Below are positions 22,867 through 34,233 of a DNA stretch of 64,000 nucleotides, piece after piece; positions within the stretch are counted from its first letter, which is position 1, and each line of letters opens with the position of its first letter. A program made the translations under genes and the position numbers. Source of the stretch: Chloropicon primus (lineage: Eukaryota). The notes under the pieces are model-generated. The model was not told the origin of the DNA and searched no databases. It saw only the letters and a list, made by a program, of their open reading frames with translations. The stretch is taken from positions 310,001-374,000 of the forward strand of contig CP060763.1 of the NCBI GenBank assembly GCA_023205875.1, given 5' to 3'.

Positions 22867-23386
22867 TTGTGTCATCCTCAACAATAAAATTTGAGAGAAA
22901 CTGGCGACGAAGAAGACCAAGGAACCCCTTTCCCAATCCTTGTCCTCTCGCGGGACCCAAATCTTGCCCCCCTTGCTCCTGAGGCGTGGAGAGGAGAGGG
23001 CAGGAGAAATTAGGATCCGGAAGGCTGTGAGGCTCCTTCCTTACGCGTTTCCTCCCACATGTTCTTCCCCATCACCCCCATCATCACCATCATCATTATC
23101 TCCCCTCCTGTTCTTCTGGTGATCTGATGATGGACGCGTCCCGTCCCGTGACTTTGATTCAAACAGGAAGCTGAAGCAGACAGAAACCAGAGAGAGAGAG
23201 AGACAGGATGAAGCCAAGGCATCGTGGTGGTGATGCGCGGAGGGTAACAGACTAAGGCCAACCGCCTCCCTCCCTCCCTCTCCCTGTCGTCCGAGAGCGA
23301 GGGCTCGCTCGGGTCGACCCGGCTGCCTTTCCTCGCCAGGAAGGACAGGCCTGACACTTGTCCTTGAGTCTGTTGTCCTGGAAGTC

Positions 23387-26059
23387 ATGATACTCAAGGA
23401 CTGGGTGTCTGGCCTGAACTCCTGGTCCAAGCCGGACAAGGTGGTGGCCCTGGAGCACGGGTCAAGGCTCAGCGGGCACCAGGACCTTTACTCGTTCTCG
23501 AAAACGAATGTGAGGGACCTGGACGACCTTGGGCTATCCTATGTCCTGTACTTCACTTTCTTGAAGGCTCTGATATACCTGGCGGTGGTCTGCACCTTCC
23601 TCGTCGCTCCAGCTGCCTACGTGTTCTTCCACGGAGACTTCTTTCAAGACGAGTTCCTCTTGAGGTTCTCCCTGGCGAACTTTGGTCCGCTGTACGACGG
23701 TGTGGCAGAAGGGGAGGAGGACCTCGAGGTGTCGACCCTGGAGGACCTCGCGACCATGGACTACTCCAAGATGACCACAAGGGTGGTCGAGGTTCCCGGG
23801 TTGGGGATGAACTTGAACGCCACGGACTTGATGTTCTACATTGCTGTCCTGGACGTCACTGCCGTCTGGCTGTGTTTCCTCTTCACGCTTTGGCTGAGTT
23901 GGAGGTACGCTACCAAGGTGGACAGGCACAAGGGGCAGACCACGACGATAGGAAAGTACTCGGTCAAGGTGACGAACATCCCGGACGACTTCTCAAAGTG
24001 GGACCTCGTGGAGTACTTTGACACCTTCGGCACGGTGGTGGATATGAGCCTTGCTCTTGAGGACGAGGAGATCATCGCCTTGTCGAAGCAGCGGGACGCT
24101 TCTATCGGGCGGTTGGAGAAGGCGGTCGCCAAGGTTCAGCAAGCCAGGGGGGATGACCCGGACAGGTACTTCAAGAGAGGCATCCGGCGGTTGATCAAGA
24201 GGGCCTTCTTCCTGAAGGAGAAGGTGCAAAAGCTTTCTGTCAGGCTGAAGCACTTGCAGATGACCAGGCTGGAAAGCAGGCCCAGCTGCGTCTTCATGAC
24301 GTACAGGGAGACGGGGGAGTGCCGAGCTTGCCTGGGGAGGCACGGCATCAAGTATGACATGGGAACGTACGTCGGGGTCCGCAGCAAGAGCGAATGCTTC
24401 ATGGGGAAGTACGCCCTGAAGGTCAGAGCGGCACCAGAGCCAGACGACCTCGTTCGGGAAAACTTGCAGTACACGTGGTACAGCAGCGTCTTGCGGCAGG
24501 TCGTCGTCGCCTGCATCATGGCCATCCTCGTCCTGTCCTCTTACCTCGTGAACGTCGCGCATACTTCGACGACTCAAGCCCTGTCCCTGCGGGACATGAA
24601 TTGCACGGTGGTGGAGGACGTGTGCCCGGAGGCGGCCGACCTGACGCCGGACAGCGTGTCGGACCTCCTTGACGTCATCGCTGCGGATGGCGAGGCCAGC
24701 CAGTGCGTGGACTGCCTCTGCAAGCAGGCCCTGGAGCAGACGTCCGTGATCAGCTTCCAGAAGTACTGCTCCTCCAAGTTCCCCACGGCGTCCCTGCTTC
24801 AGCTGCTGGCCCCCTTCATCGGGGGAACCTTGGTCTCCGTGGCGAACATCCTCATCAAGAACGTGCTGGCCTTCCTGGTCAAGTACGAGAAGCACCACAC
24901 GCTGCACGACCAGGAGAAGCATCTGTTCTGGGGCATCTTCCTCACCCAATCCTTGAACGCCTTCGTGTCCATCGTGGTGGCCAACGCGAGGACTCCTGGA
25001 GTCTCGGACCTCCTGTTCCCCAAGACCACCATGGCAGAGTACATGTTCCAAGGCAAGTACATGTTCCTCTTCCCAAGATGGTACGAGGAGGTCGGGTCCA
25101 AGCTGGTTGCCCTTGTCCTGATCAACCGGGGGCTGTACGCCAGGTCCCTCGCCTTCAAGGGCCTGAGGAGGAGGATCAAGGCCCTGGTGGGAGGGAGGCG
25201 CGCCCTGACTCAGAGGGACCTCAACGCCCTCCACGAGGGTCCAGAATTCGCATCCGAGGCTGCGAGGTACGGGGAGATGGCGTCCCTGTTCCTCCTGGCC
25301 TTCTTCTTCTCCGGGGGCCTGCCCCTGCTCTACCCCCTCCTCGCCCTGGTCTTCTGGGTGCAGTACTGGGTGGACAAGTACCACCTGCTAAGGGTGTGCA
25401 GGACGCCTCCGCCGCAGAGCCACGTGCTGACCACGGTGGTGAGCGCCGCCTTTCCCTTCTGCGCGGTCCTGCACTGCGGGTTCGCCATCGCGGCCTTCGC
25501 CCTGTACCCCATGGAGCGCAGCAGCCTGGCCGACGCCCCCGTCGTGGGGCCCGCCATCACCCTCGTGGCCGAGGGCCTGCAGGACGTCGTGGACTACCGG
25601 GCCAAGGGGTCGAGCAAGTTCCTGGTGACGATCCTGCTGCAGAAGCACGTGGTCCTCTTCCTCCTGTCCTTGGTCCTGATGTCCTTCCTCCTGGTCCTGA
25701 GCTCCACCTGGAGGCTTTGGTCCCTCCTGGCGGCCAAGGCAGGGTCTTTGCTCCTGGGCCAGGGCCAAGACGAGGGGGACGACTACGCGATGCAGGACGA
25801 CGACGAGGACGACGACGAGGACGGCGACGGCGGGAGGAAGGGCGGGGGCATCGCTCCCTCCTTCGACGTGGCCGTGACCTCGGGGATCCTCGAGGGCCTG
25901 GAGTCCTACGCCGCGGAGCGGAATCCAAAGTACTCGTCCGCCTTCCGCAAGGTGGCTTGGCACCACATCTTCGACAAGGGCTCCGCTCCTCCGCCGGCCA
26001 GGAGCAGGAGCGTGGAGGAGCTCCTGGACGAGGAGGAGGAGGACGAGTACGAGGAGTGA
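23387..26059 (+). CDS. OSCA/TMEM63 (CSC1-like) multi-pass ion channel
   Basis: Many TM segments; YSVKVTNIP, an RRM-like cytosolic domain, APEPDD...EN.L, and YWVDKY.LLR. A possible extra in-frame exon lies at 23208-23243 (intron 23244-23368). Confidence 0.85.
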   Translation: MILKDWVSGLNSWSKPDKVVALEHGSRLSGHQDLYSFSKTNVRDLDDLGLSYVLYFTFLKALIYLAVVCTFLVAPAAYVFFHGDFFQDEFLLRFSLANFGPLYDGVAEGEEDLEVSTLEDLATMDYSKMTTRVVEVPGLGMNLNATDLMFYIAVLDVTAVWLCFLFTLWLSWRYATKVDRHKGQTTTIGKYSVKVTNIPDDFSKWDLVEYFDTFGTVVDMSLALEDEEIIALSKQRDASIGRLEKAVAKVQQARGDDPDRYFKRGIRRLIKRAFFLKEKVQKLSVRLKHLQMTRLESRPSCVFMTYRETGECRACLGRHGIKYDMGTYVGVRSKSECFMGKYALKVRAAPEPDDLVRENLQYTWYSSVLRQVVVACIMAILVLSSYLVNVAHTSTTQALSLRDMNCTVVEDVCPEAADLTPDSVSDLLDVIAADGEASQCVDCLCKQALEQTSVISFQKYCSSKFPTASLLQLLAPFIGGTLVSVANILIKNVLAFLVKYEKHHTLHDQEKHLFWGIFLTQSLNAFVSIVVANARTPGVSDLLFPKTTMAEYMFQGKYMFLFPRWYEEVGSKLVALVLINRGLYARSLAFKGLRRRIKALVGGRRALTQRDLNALHEGPEFASEAARYGEMASLFLLAFFFSGGLPLLYPLLALVFWVQYWVDKYHLLRVCRTPPPQSHVLTTVVSAAFPFCAVLHCGFAIAAFALYPMERSSLADAPVVGPAITLVAEGLQDVVDYRAKGSSKFLVTILLQKHVVLFLLSLVLMSFLLVLSSTWRLWSLLAAKAGSLLLGQGQDEGDDYAMQDDDEDDDEDGDGGRKGGGIAPSFDVAVTSGILEGLESYAAERNPKYSSAFRKVAWHHIFDKGSAPPPARSRSVEELLDEEEEDEYEE

Positions 26060-26845
26060 GGAGGAGTCGGGGTGGAGGGGGGAAGGAGGATCACAGGATT
26101 GCGAACCAACCTCCGTGCGTGCGTGCGTGCGTGCGTGCGTTGTACATCAATCAATCAATACCATCGTCGTCATCGTCGTCGTTGGGATTACCGTTACCAT
26201 TATTAGAAGAACTACTACGTACTGTTGAATATTATTATGAACATCATCATCTCTATGAAGAAGTCACCGCTTTCCTAGTGAGGCCAGCCATCACCATCAT
26301 CATCACCCACCATCATCATCAAAGGCGTTACCTTTCGCTGGTTCCCCCTGTTGGTGATGGGACAAGGCAGACAGAGGGAGAGACAGAGAGAGAGAGAGAG
26401 AGACGGAGAGAGAGGACATTAAAGCTGGAGAGTCAAAGGCGTTGCCCCTGATGCCCTGGTGAGGAGGAGCAAAAGGAGCCAGCCATCGCCATCACCTTGG
26501 GCTGGTCCCCTGGTGATGTGATGGGACAGCTCGGCTTTTTTCCCTCCATTTTTCCTTTCCAAAAAAAAAAAAAAGATCGATCGTGGCGGATAAGGCGAAT
26601 CCTACTCAGACGAATCAGTCTGTTCAACAGAGGGGAGGGGAAGGAAACGACGGAGAAGAGAACGACGGGACGGAGGGGAGGACAACGCGAGAACGAGTGG
26701 AGGAGACACGAACCGAGACAAAGCGCTTCTCACGAGCTTTCGAACGACCCCTCGGTTGAGGGGTTTCGTCGCTCGGGCTTTTGTTTTTTTTTTCTTTTTG
26801 GTTTTGGTTTTGGTTTTTGCAGCAATCAGCAACAGCAGCAACAGG

Positions 26846-27518
26846 ATGGAGACGGAGGAGTTGGGAGTGACGGTGACGAGGGTGACGCGTCGGAAGGAGG
26901 TCGTCATGACGCGGAGCTGTCCGGAGATCGGGAGGGAGTACCTTCCCCTCGACGAGGTCGAGGACGAGGACGAGGAGGAGTGTTGTTGTATTTGTTTGGA
27001 GTGTTTCGACGATAACAACCCTGCGCTGGCGACCAAGTGCGGACACAACTACCACCTGCAGTAAGTCGAGCGGACGGCCTCTTCCCTATATCGCCTCGCG
27101 TCCTTCTTCCCCTGACACCCTCTTCTTCTTCTCCAGGTGCATCATGCAGTGGTACCAGCGCAACACGGCTTGCCCCATGTGCTTCAGGCAGGTCGAGCTG
27201 GTTTGCGAGGACTCGCAGAAGCTCATGATGGAGTCCACGATCCCTTTCCTCAGAAGAGCGGCAACGAACGCGTCCGCTTCCGCGAGCAGCGCCCCCACCC
27301 TCGCCAGCGCGCCAGGAGCGAGCACGGTGAGGCGGTCCTACCTCTTCACGGGAAGCGCGCTCCCGTCGTCGCGGACGAGGTCCCTCTCCGACGTGAACGC
27401 GGAGCCGGCCAGCCACCCGGGGGGAGGGAGGAGGTCCAGCACGAGCAGCTTATCCGCCCTCAAGGCAAACTTTCGCAAGATCACTTGGCGGCTCAGAGGA
27501 AGGTCGAGCACGCAGTAG
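26846..27518 (+). CDS. RING-H2 E3 ubiquitin ligase
   Basis: CCICLE...TKCGHNYHLQ/CIMQWYQRNTACPMC, joined across intron 27061-27136. Confidence 0.9.
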
Positions 27519-27675
27519 CCGTCGTTTCCCGAACACAGATTATGATATAAGATTGATTCCTTGTACTTCTATTTTATACTCGATTGATGACTTCCAGGGA
27601 GCGAGCCCCCTCGCCGCACTTGAGGGTGTCTCGGGTCGCCCAGGGCACCACTCCCGACATCCACCTTGTCTCTTG

Positions 27676-28308
27676 TTACATTGCCTGATACTTGGTGTAG
27701 ATCCCATCGTCCGGTCCGACCACCACTGGATAGACTTTCAAAGGAATCGGCTTCTCCTTCTCCTTGAGCCCACCGAGAAAGTTCCTCAGAAGGTTATTCT
27801 TGGGGCACCACTCAAGCACCTCTCCAGTCCTCAGGTCGTAGCGAGTTCCATCCAAAGGCGTCTCGATGGAGATCTCCCCGGTCGAAGTCCTCGTGATGGC
27901 AGCGTCGATGAGCGGATACCTGCAAAGGGGGGGAGCAAGAGCGAGTCAGAACGAGGAGTGGATCGGTGGAGGGACTCACTCATGCACACAGAAGATCACT
28001 CACTTATAGGCGGTGCTGTTCGCCTCACTACAGTAGATTTCGTCCTCAACTTGATACAGGATCAAGTTGAGCGTACCAAGGACGACAGCTTTTGATTTCC
28101 TCCCATCCAACTCCATGGAATCCGCAACCTTCTTGAATCCCTCAGGCACCTTGGCCGAGGTCTTCTGCGTCCCCGTTCCGAGGCCAAATCCCTTGCCACC
28201 CGCAGACACCCTCCCTCCCCTCAGCCTCCTCGCTCCTGCATGACGCTTCCAACCATCCCAACGGATGTTCATGCTCGTGTTCATGCTCCTGCTTCCCAGC
28301 CCCATCAT
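27676..28308 (-). CDS. Plastid Rieske-fold protein lacking 2Fe-2S ligands (PSB33/TEF5-related)
   Basis: Exons 28308-28004 and 27919-27676. Sequence IYCSEANSTAYKYPL..IETPLDGTRYDLRTGEVLEWCPKN..LKVYPV. Confidence 0.8.
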
Positions 28309-28594
28309 GAAGCGTGTTCCGAAACCCCCTCGAGTTTGGTACCGCTGGAAAGATCTCGAGACAAGGTTTCGTGTGGGTTACGAGAAAGCAAGTCAAGTCA
28401 AGCCAAGCCAAGCGTCTCTCCCTTCCTCTCTCTCTCTCACTCTCTCTCTGTCTCTCTCGTTCTCTCTCGACGTCTGTGAGCCACAAAGTACTTTTGGATC
28501 TCTCTCTGCAGTGAGGACTGGGCGACGGGAGGTGAGTGGGACGAGAGAGCGGGAGGGAGGGATGGAGGGAGGTGTACGTGATCGGAAGCATCGT

Positions 28595-28910
28595 GTCGCG
28601 ATCTTTCCAACAAGCCCTCGCTCGAGAAAGATGACAAAGGGATGAGGATCTGACAAGACGAATGGTTCTTGCTCTCTCTTGTGGTGGGGTTTGATTCCAG
28701 TGGACACAGGTAAGGGTAAGGGACGACGCGGTCGAGAAGAAGCACGAGGAGTGAGAGAAGGAGTCATGGATGGATGATATGGCTCGAGATCTTTCCAACG
28801 AGCCCTCGATCGAGAAAAATGACAAAGGGATGAGGATCTGACAAGACGAATGGTTCTTGCTCTCTTGTGGTGGTGTTTGATTCAGGTAAGGGGCGAGGGG
28901 CGACGGGAGG
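28595..28910. repeat. Tandem dimer, 176-188-bp period, in a divergent promoter
   Basis: GATCTTTCCAAC at 28600 and 28788; GACAAGACGAATGG at 28652 and 28840; CAGGTAAGGG at 28707 and 28883. Confidence 0.9.
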
Positions 28911-28923
28911 TGAGAGGGAAAGG

Positions 28924-29769
28924 ATGCTCAGAAGGTGCGGGCGTAAGAACGGAGCGGTGTCCGTGATTGCCACGGGATTGGAGGCGCTGTCCCCCGCGGG
29001 GAGTGGGACGGCGACCACGGGAAACGAGGCGTTGAGGAAAGCCACCAGGCAAAGTTGTCAGGTGAACGCTGTTGGGAAGGGTGACCGCGAATACGGCAAC
29101 GAAAGTGATGGTGCGAAGAGACCGATGATGATTTCTGTCGATGGGAACATTGGGAGCGGGAAAAGCACGCTTCTGAGCATCTTGAAGGCTCGGTACACGC
29201 CGCCACCCTCGTGCCCTTCGTCGTCGTCGTCGTCGTCGTCGAGATCCGTTTGCTTCGCACCCGAAAGGACGCACGAGTGGAAGGCGATGCTCCCGTTGTA
29301 CTATGAGGACACCAAGCGGTGGTCCTTCCCATTCCAGATGCAGGTTCTTCTGTCCCACATCAAGAACTTCAAGGAAGCCGAGGGGGACCTTTGCTTCGTG
29401 GAGCGCTCGCCGTTGGCGGCGAGCCTCGTCTTCGGGGAGCTGCTGAAGCAGGAGGGGCTGATCACGAGCGTCGAGGCCGATCTCTTCGACGGCTTCATGG
29501 AGGAGGTCTCTTGGCACCCGGATGTTATAATTTATTTAGCGTGCGCTCCGCAAGTTTGCCTCGAGAGGGTCGTGAAGCGGAATAGAGATGGGGAGAGCGG
29601 AGGAGGAATTCCTTTGGAATACTTGGAAAAAGTCTCCAAGGCCTACGAAGGCTTCATCCAAAAGTACCAAGACACCATACCAGTGATCAAAATTGACACC
29701 AACACGGGAGAAGTGTCAGATATCTTCGAGGAGGTCCAGGACCGAATAAACAAGCTCCTCGTTGTGTAA
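28924..29769 (+). CDS. Deoxynucleoside kinase (dCK/dGK/TK2 family)
   Basis: P-loop ISVDGNIGSGKSTLL; RWSFPFQ; FVERS; PDVIIYL; R.R.GE; IPLEYL. Confidence 0.92.
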   Translation: MLRRCGRKNGAVSVIATGLEALSPAGSGTATTGNEALRKATRQSCQVNAVGKGDREYGNESDGAKRPMMISVDGNIGSGKSTLLSILKARYTPPPSCPSSSSSSSSRSVCFAPERTHEWKAMLPLYYEDTKRWSFPFQMQVLLSHIKNFKEAEGDLCFVERSPLAASLVFGELLKQEGLITSVEADLFDGFMEEVSWHPDVIIYLACAPQVCLERVVKRNRDGESGGGIPLEYLEKVSKAYEGFIQKYQDTIPVIKIDTNTGEVSDIFEEVQDRINKLLVV

Positions 29770-30167
29770 AGCAAGTCACCATGTTCTCTATCATCACCAG
29801 CATCAATCCCCTTTTGTCCCTTTGTCCCTGAGAACTCTTCGGAGCAAGAGCAAGAGGTCTTGAGGTCACGAGGTCACGAGGCTCCCTGCCACTGATCCCT
29901 TGGCTCCACCCTCTCCTCATCACCTTCCTCCCTCCTCATCCTCCTCCTCATCATCCATCCATCCATCCATCCTCCTCTCTCTAGGGAACGAAACCGTGCA
30001 AGTGACAGCTCCTTGGAAAGAGCAAGAGACAATGTACCCATCCATCCATTCATTCATCCTTCCTTCCGTGACTCCACCCCCCCCCATTACCCTCTTCCTT
30101 TCCTCCTTCCTCCCCCTCCTCCCCTCTGGTTCCCCCGAGGGCTGCCACTAAGAGGCGGCGATTGGCG

Positions 30168-31991
30168 ATGGCGGAGGTGTCGTTCGAAGCGCTTGCGTCC
30201 AAGTTCGAGGAGGAGGAGGAGGAGGCGGAGGGAGGGAGGGGGGCGGAGGCTGGCGGCGAGGATGAGGCCGAGGCGTCGAGTCCACAGGACGGTGGCCAGG
30301 CGGAACGCGTCGAAGGCGAGAGGTGTTACGATTACGACTACGACGAGGAGGAGGACTACGAGGAGGAGGACTACGGGGATGAGGTGGACGACTCCATTAT
30401 GGACGCGTTGGATTGGCTTGACATCCAAGAGGATAGCGGGAGGACGAACGGGATGGGAAGCTACCAGGGCATGGGTCGGCGGCCCAACGCTCAAGGGGGC
30501 GTCGGAAAGCCCGGGGCTTCGAGCAGCAGAGTGCAAGGCGGTGGGAAGCAGAAAATCCTGCAGCCCATGTCGAAACAGGCTCACAAGCTTGAGGGCCGAG
30601 TTTACACGGGCAAGGCGGTGACGAATGCATTGAAGCAGGCCGAGAGGGATGCTTACATCCACGGGGCGGGCGGCAGGAGCAAGGACAAGGCGGACAGGGC
30701 GACGGTTGAGCAGGCCCTCGACCCTCGAACCCGTATGGTTTTGTTCAAGATGCTTAACAGAGGGCTCTTCAACGAGATTCACGGGTGTGTGTCGACCGGG
30801 AAGGAGGCGAACGTGTACCACGCTGTTGGTCCGGAGGGGAACGACATGGCCGTGAAGGTCTTTAAGACCTCAATCCTAGTCTTCAAGGACAGGGACAGGT
30901 ACGTCACCGGGGACTGGAGGTTCAGGAGGGGGTATTGCAAGAGCAACCCGAGGAAGATGGTCAAGTTGTGGGCGGAGAAGGAGACGAGAAACCTCATCCG
31001 CTTGGCCACCGCTGGGATCCCGTGCCCGACGCCGATCCAACTCAGACTTCACGTGCTGGTGATGTCCTTCATTGGGCGTGATGGGTACGCGGCTCCTCGG
31101 CTGAAGGACGCGAACCTGTCCAAGTCAAAGTGCAGGGAGGTGTACAGAGAGCTCGTGATCCACATGAGGACCATGTACCAGAAGTGCAAGCTCGTCCACG
31201 GGGACTTGAGTGAATACAACATGCTTTACCACGATGGCAAGGTGTGGATCATCGACGTGTCCCAGTCCGTGGACTTGGACCACCCCCACGCTTTCGACTT
31301 TCTCAGGGAGGACTGCTTGCATGTGAACACCTTTTTCGAGAAGAATGGAACCAAGGTGATACCAAAGAGAGACCTCTTCGATTTCATCACCGACCCCGTG
31401 CTCAAGGACGACGAGGTTGACGAGTACCTAGAGGCGCTCCAGAAGAAGATCGAGGCGGCCCCGCCGATGACCGACCAGGAGAAGGTCGACGAGGCCGTCT
31501 TTCACCAGGCCTTCATACCAAGGAAGATGGACGAGATTGCGGACTTTGAGAGGGACTTGAAGAAGATGCAAGGTGCGACTGGCTCGGGAGAGGACAAGTC
31601 CGACGCAGCGAGGAAGGTGGACGGGATCTACTACCAAACCATCCTGGGAATGAAGCAAGACCTTTCTGGCCCAAGGGCGAGCGCTGTGGACAGCAAGGCC
31701 AAGGGCAAGGCCGGGGAGGTGCGGCCGCCCAACGGTGGCGCCTCAGCGGGCTCTGAGGAGGACTCCGAGTCCCAAGTGAGCACGGACGGCGAGTCTTCTG
31801 GGAGCGACGGGGAGGGCAGTGGCGGGGAGCAGGAGTGGGAAGAGAGGAAGAAGCTCACGAGGGAGGAAAAGAAGCAGCTCAGGAAAGAGAACAAGCTGAA
31901 AGTCAAGGAGGAAAACAAAGAGAAGAGAAAGCACAAGATTCCGAAGCACATCAAGAAGAAGAAGACCAAGAGCAAGGGGAGAAAGAGATGA
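30168..31991 (+). CDS. RIO1: RIO1 atypical protein kinase
   Basis: Motifs DRATVEQALDPRTR, STGKEANVYHA, WAEKE.RNL, VHGDLSEYN and IDVSQSV; Lys-rich tail. Confidence 0.96.
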   Translation: MAEVSFEALASKFEEEEEEAEGGRGAEAGGEDEAEASSPQDGGQAERVEGERCYDYDYDEEEDYEEEDYGDEVDDSIMDALDWLDIQEDSGRTNGMGSYQGMGRRPNAQGGVGKPGASSSRVQGGGKQKILQPMSKQAHKLEGRVYTGKAVTNALKQAERDAYIHGAGGRSKDKADRATVEQALDPRTRMVLFKMLNRGLFNEIHGCVSTGKEANVYHAVGPEGNDMAVKVFKTSILVFKDRDRYVTGDWRFRRGYCKSNPRKMVKLWAEKETRNLIRLATAGIPCPTPIQLRLHVLVMSFIGRDGYAAPRLKDANLSKSKCREVYRELVIHMRTMYQKCKLVHGDLSEYNMLYHDGKVWIIDVSQSVDLDHPHAFDFLREDCLHVNTFFEKNGTKVIPKRDLFDFITDPVLKDDEVDEYLEALQKKIEAAPPMTDQEKVDEAVFHQAFIPRKMDEIADFERDLKKMQGATGSGEDKSDAARKVDGIYYQTILGMKQDLSGPRASAVDSKAKGKAGEVRPPNGGASAGSEEDSESQVSTDGESSGSDGEGSGGEQEWEERKKLTREEKKQLRKENKLKVKEENKEKRKHKIPKHIKKKKTKSKGRKR

Positions 31992-32060
31992 CGTGTTTCA
32001 TTTGGGAAAAAGTTTAATTCGATTTTTTTTCGCCAAACTCCATGCCAGCGGCCCTTCGAA

Positions 32061-33827
32061 TCACATTGAGAACTGCACGCCGGACTTGTCCCCCTCGCCA
32101 AGACTGGAAACCAGCTTTCCCTTTCGCCTGTCCGTTCCACGGCCGTCTATCTCGAGCTGCTTCAGGTACTCGCTATCGATGTTGCCGGTCACATACTTGC
32201 CGTCAAAGCAAGCTCCGTCGAACTTGTCGATATCGCTGTTCATCGAGTACCCAGCGCCATACAGGTCCTCGAGGTCCTGGTACACAAGCCCGTCAGCTCC
32301 AAGGGCTTGTCTGATGTCGTCTACCGACTGGTCTGTAGCGATGAACTCCTTGGTGGAGGGCATGTCCACGCCGTAGACGTTCGGGTGCCTGACAGGAGGG
32401 GACGCCGACGCCAGGTAGACTTCCTTTGCTCCTGCGGATCTCACCATCTCAACGATCTGGGTCATGGTCGTGCCCCTGATGATGGAGTCGTCCACGAGAA
32501 GCACCCTCTGGTTCTTGAAGACCGCGGACATCGCGTTGAGCTTCCTTCTCACGCTCAGCTCCCTCAGGTGCTGCTCCGGCATGATGAACGTTCTGCCCAC
32601 GTACCTGTTCTTCACGAGACCCTCCCTGTAAGGAAGCCCCAGCTCCGCACTCAGTTGGATGGCGATTGGCCTCGCACCGTCGGGCACCGGGACGGCGATG
32701 TCGACGTCCCACCCCTTCTCCTTGACTTGGTTCGCCAGCCTCCTCCCGAGCTCCAGCTGGAACTTGTAAACAGAGATGTCGTTAAGCACGCTGTCCGGCC
32801 TGGCGAGGTAGATGTACTCGAAGATGCAGGGGTTGAGCTTGGTGTTCTCGGCGCACATGGATGAGACCATCTCCCCCTCCTCGGTGATGATGATCATCTC
32901 TCCCGGGTGGACGTCCCTCACCCTCTGGTACCCGATGGGGCCAAAAGCGCAGTCCTCGCTGGCGAAAATGTACTCGTCCTTGGGGGCTCCACCCACCATG
33001 GTCGTCCTCTTGCCGAGCACCAGAGGCCTGATCCCGTTCGGGTCCCTGAATCCCACGAGCCCCACGCCCTTCACCAGCGCGATGCAGCTGTACGCTCCCT
33101 TCACCTTCTGCATCATCTCCTTGCCCGCCTCGAACACGATGGAGGTCACCACCTCCTTTTGGATGTCCTGCTTCCCCACGATCTTGTTCCGCTTCAAGTG
33201 GTCCTGGTGCGCCCTGTGGATGGCGTCCGCCCACACGTTCAGCAGAACCTCCGAGTCACTGCTCGTCCTCAGGCACCTGTTGAAGAAGGACTTGGAGCCC
33301 TGGAGGCGCTCCCTCAGCTTGTCCGTGTTCGTGATGTTCCCGTTGTGAATGAGGAAAATCCCGAGCGGCGAGTTCACGAAGAAGGGCTGGGCCTCGAGCG
33401 CCGAGGAGGTCCCCGCCGTCGGGTACCTCACGTGGCCTATCCCGACGTTCCCCGGGAGCTTGTCCATCACGCTCTTGCTGTGGAACACGTCCTTCACCAG
33501 GCCGTTCTCCTTCTTCTCCACGAACCGCTCGAAGTCCGTGGTCACCATACCGGCGGAGTCCTGCCCCCTGTGCTGCAGCATCAGGAGCCCCTCGTATAAC
33601 TCGAACGCCGCGGCACCCTGGGTCTTATAGATCCCGATGATCCCGCACTTGCGCTTCACCTGGCGACGACCAGCGCCACCGCTCGACGGGGGCTGCAGGG
33701 TCGGGGGAACGACACCGCCACCAGGGGATGACCGGGCAAAGCGGCTAGGAGAAGTCGCCGTCACGAGAGGTCGAGCGATCGCCCTCCTCGTCGGCCTGTA
33801 TGCGGACACTCCGCCTTTCGCCATCAT
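32061..33827 (-). CDS. purF: Amidophosphoribosyltransferase, plastid-targeted
   Basis: Transit peptide followed by the Ntn nucleophile CGIIG; LQHRGQDSAG, GHVRYPTAG, HNGN, CIFEYIYLARPDS and VDDSIIRGTT. Confidence 0.97.
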   Translation of the reverse strand: MMAKGGVSAYRPTRRAIARPLVTATSPSRFARSSPGGGVVPPTLQPPSSGGAGRRQVKRKCGIIGIYKTQGAAAFELYEGLLMLQHRGQDSAGMVTTDFERFVEKKENGLVKDVFHSKSVMDKLPGNVGIGHVRYPTAGTSSALEAQPFFVNSPLGIFLIHNGNITNTDKLRERLQGSKSFFNRCLRTSSDSEVLLNVWADAIHRAHQDHLKRNKIVGKQDIQKEVVTSIVFEAGKEMMQKVKGAYSCIALVKGVGLVGFRDPNGIRPLVLGKRTTMVGGAPKDEYIFASEDCAFGPIGYQRVRDVHPGEMIIITEEGEMVSSMCAENTKLNPCIFEYIYLARPDSVLNDISVYKFQLELGRRLANQVKEKGWDVDIAVPVPDGARPIAIQLSAELGLPYREGLVKNRYVGRTFIMPEQHLRELSVRRKLNAMSAVFKNQRVLLVDDSIIRGTTMTQIVEMVRSAGAKEVYLASASPPVRHPNVYGVDMPSTKEFIATDQSVDDIRQALGADGLVYQDLEDLYGAGYSMNSDIDKFDGACFDGKYVTGNIDSEYLKQLEIDGRGTDRRKGKLVSSLGEGDKSGVQFSM

Positions 33828-34198
33828 CGTCAAACCTTCGAACCAAAATCAAAACAAAAAAAACACACAAATCAAACTAATCTCTTCTCTCTCTTGTGTT
33901 GTTCAAGGGGATCACCAAACGATGTCCCGATCTGTGAACACCCTGCAGAGCCCAAGCGGTGCCGCGATGCCAGCGACGTCCGACGTAACCGTCTTCAAGG
34001 CGTTACCCCCTCCAGCCAAGAGATCCCGTCCCTCAATGGGTGTCGACCTCTGCGTTGGGCGATCCCCCAGGGAGGTTGAGTTGTCACAAAAGGTCAAGGT
34101 GAGTTGTCTTCCTTCCTCTAGGCCAAAAGACGACGTCTTCGAGAAGAAGAAAAACAGAGAGGGAGGGAAGTGTCACAACCCTGGTGCCGTCGCCTCAC

Positions 34199-34233
<35 letters not shown>

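Noticed and set aside
23118..23190. Possible C/D snoRNA (CTGATGA...CTGA with flanking complementarity)
   Set aside because: The C box is imperfect and I recognise no rRNA guide. It more likely belongs to the 5' region of the OSCA-like gene.
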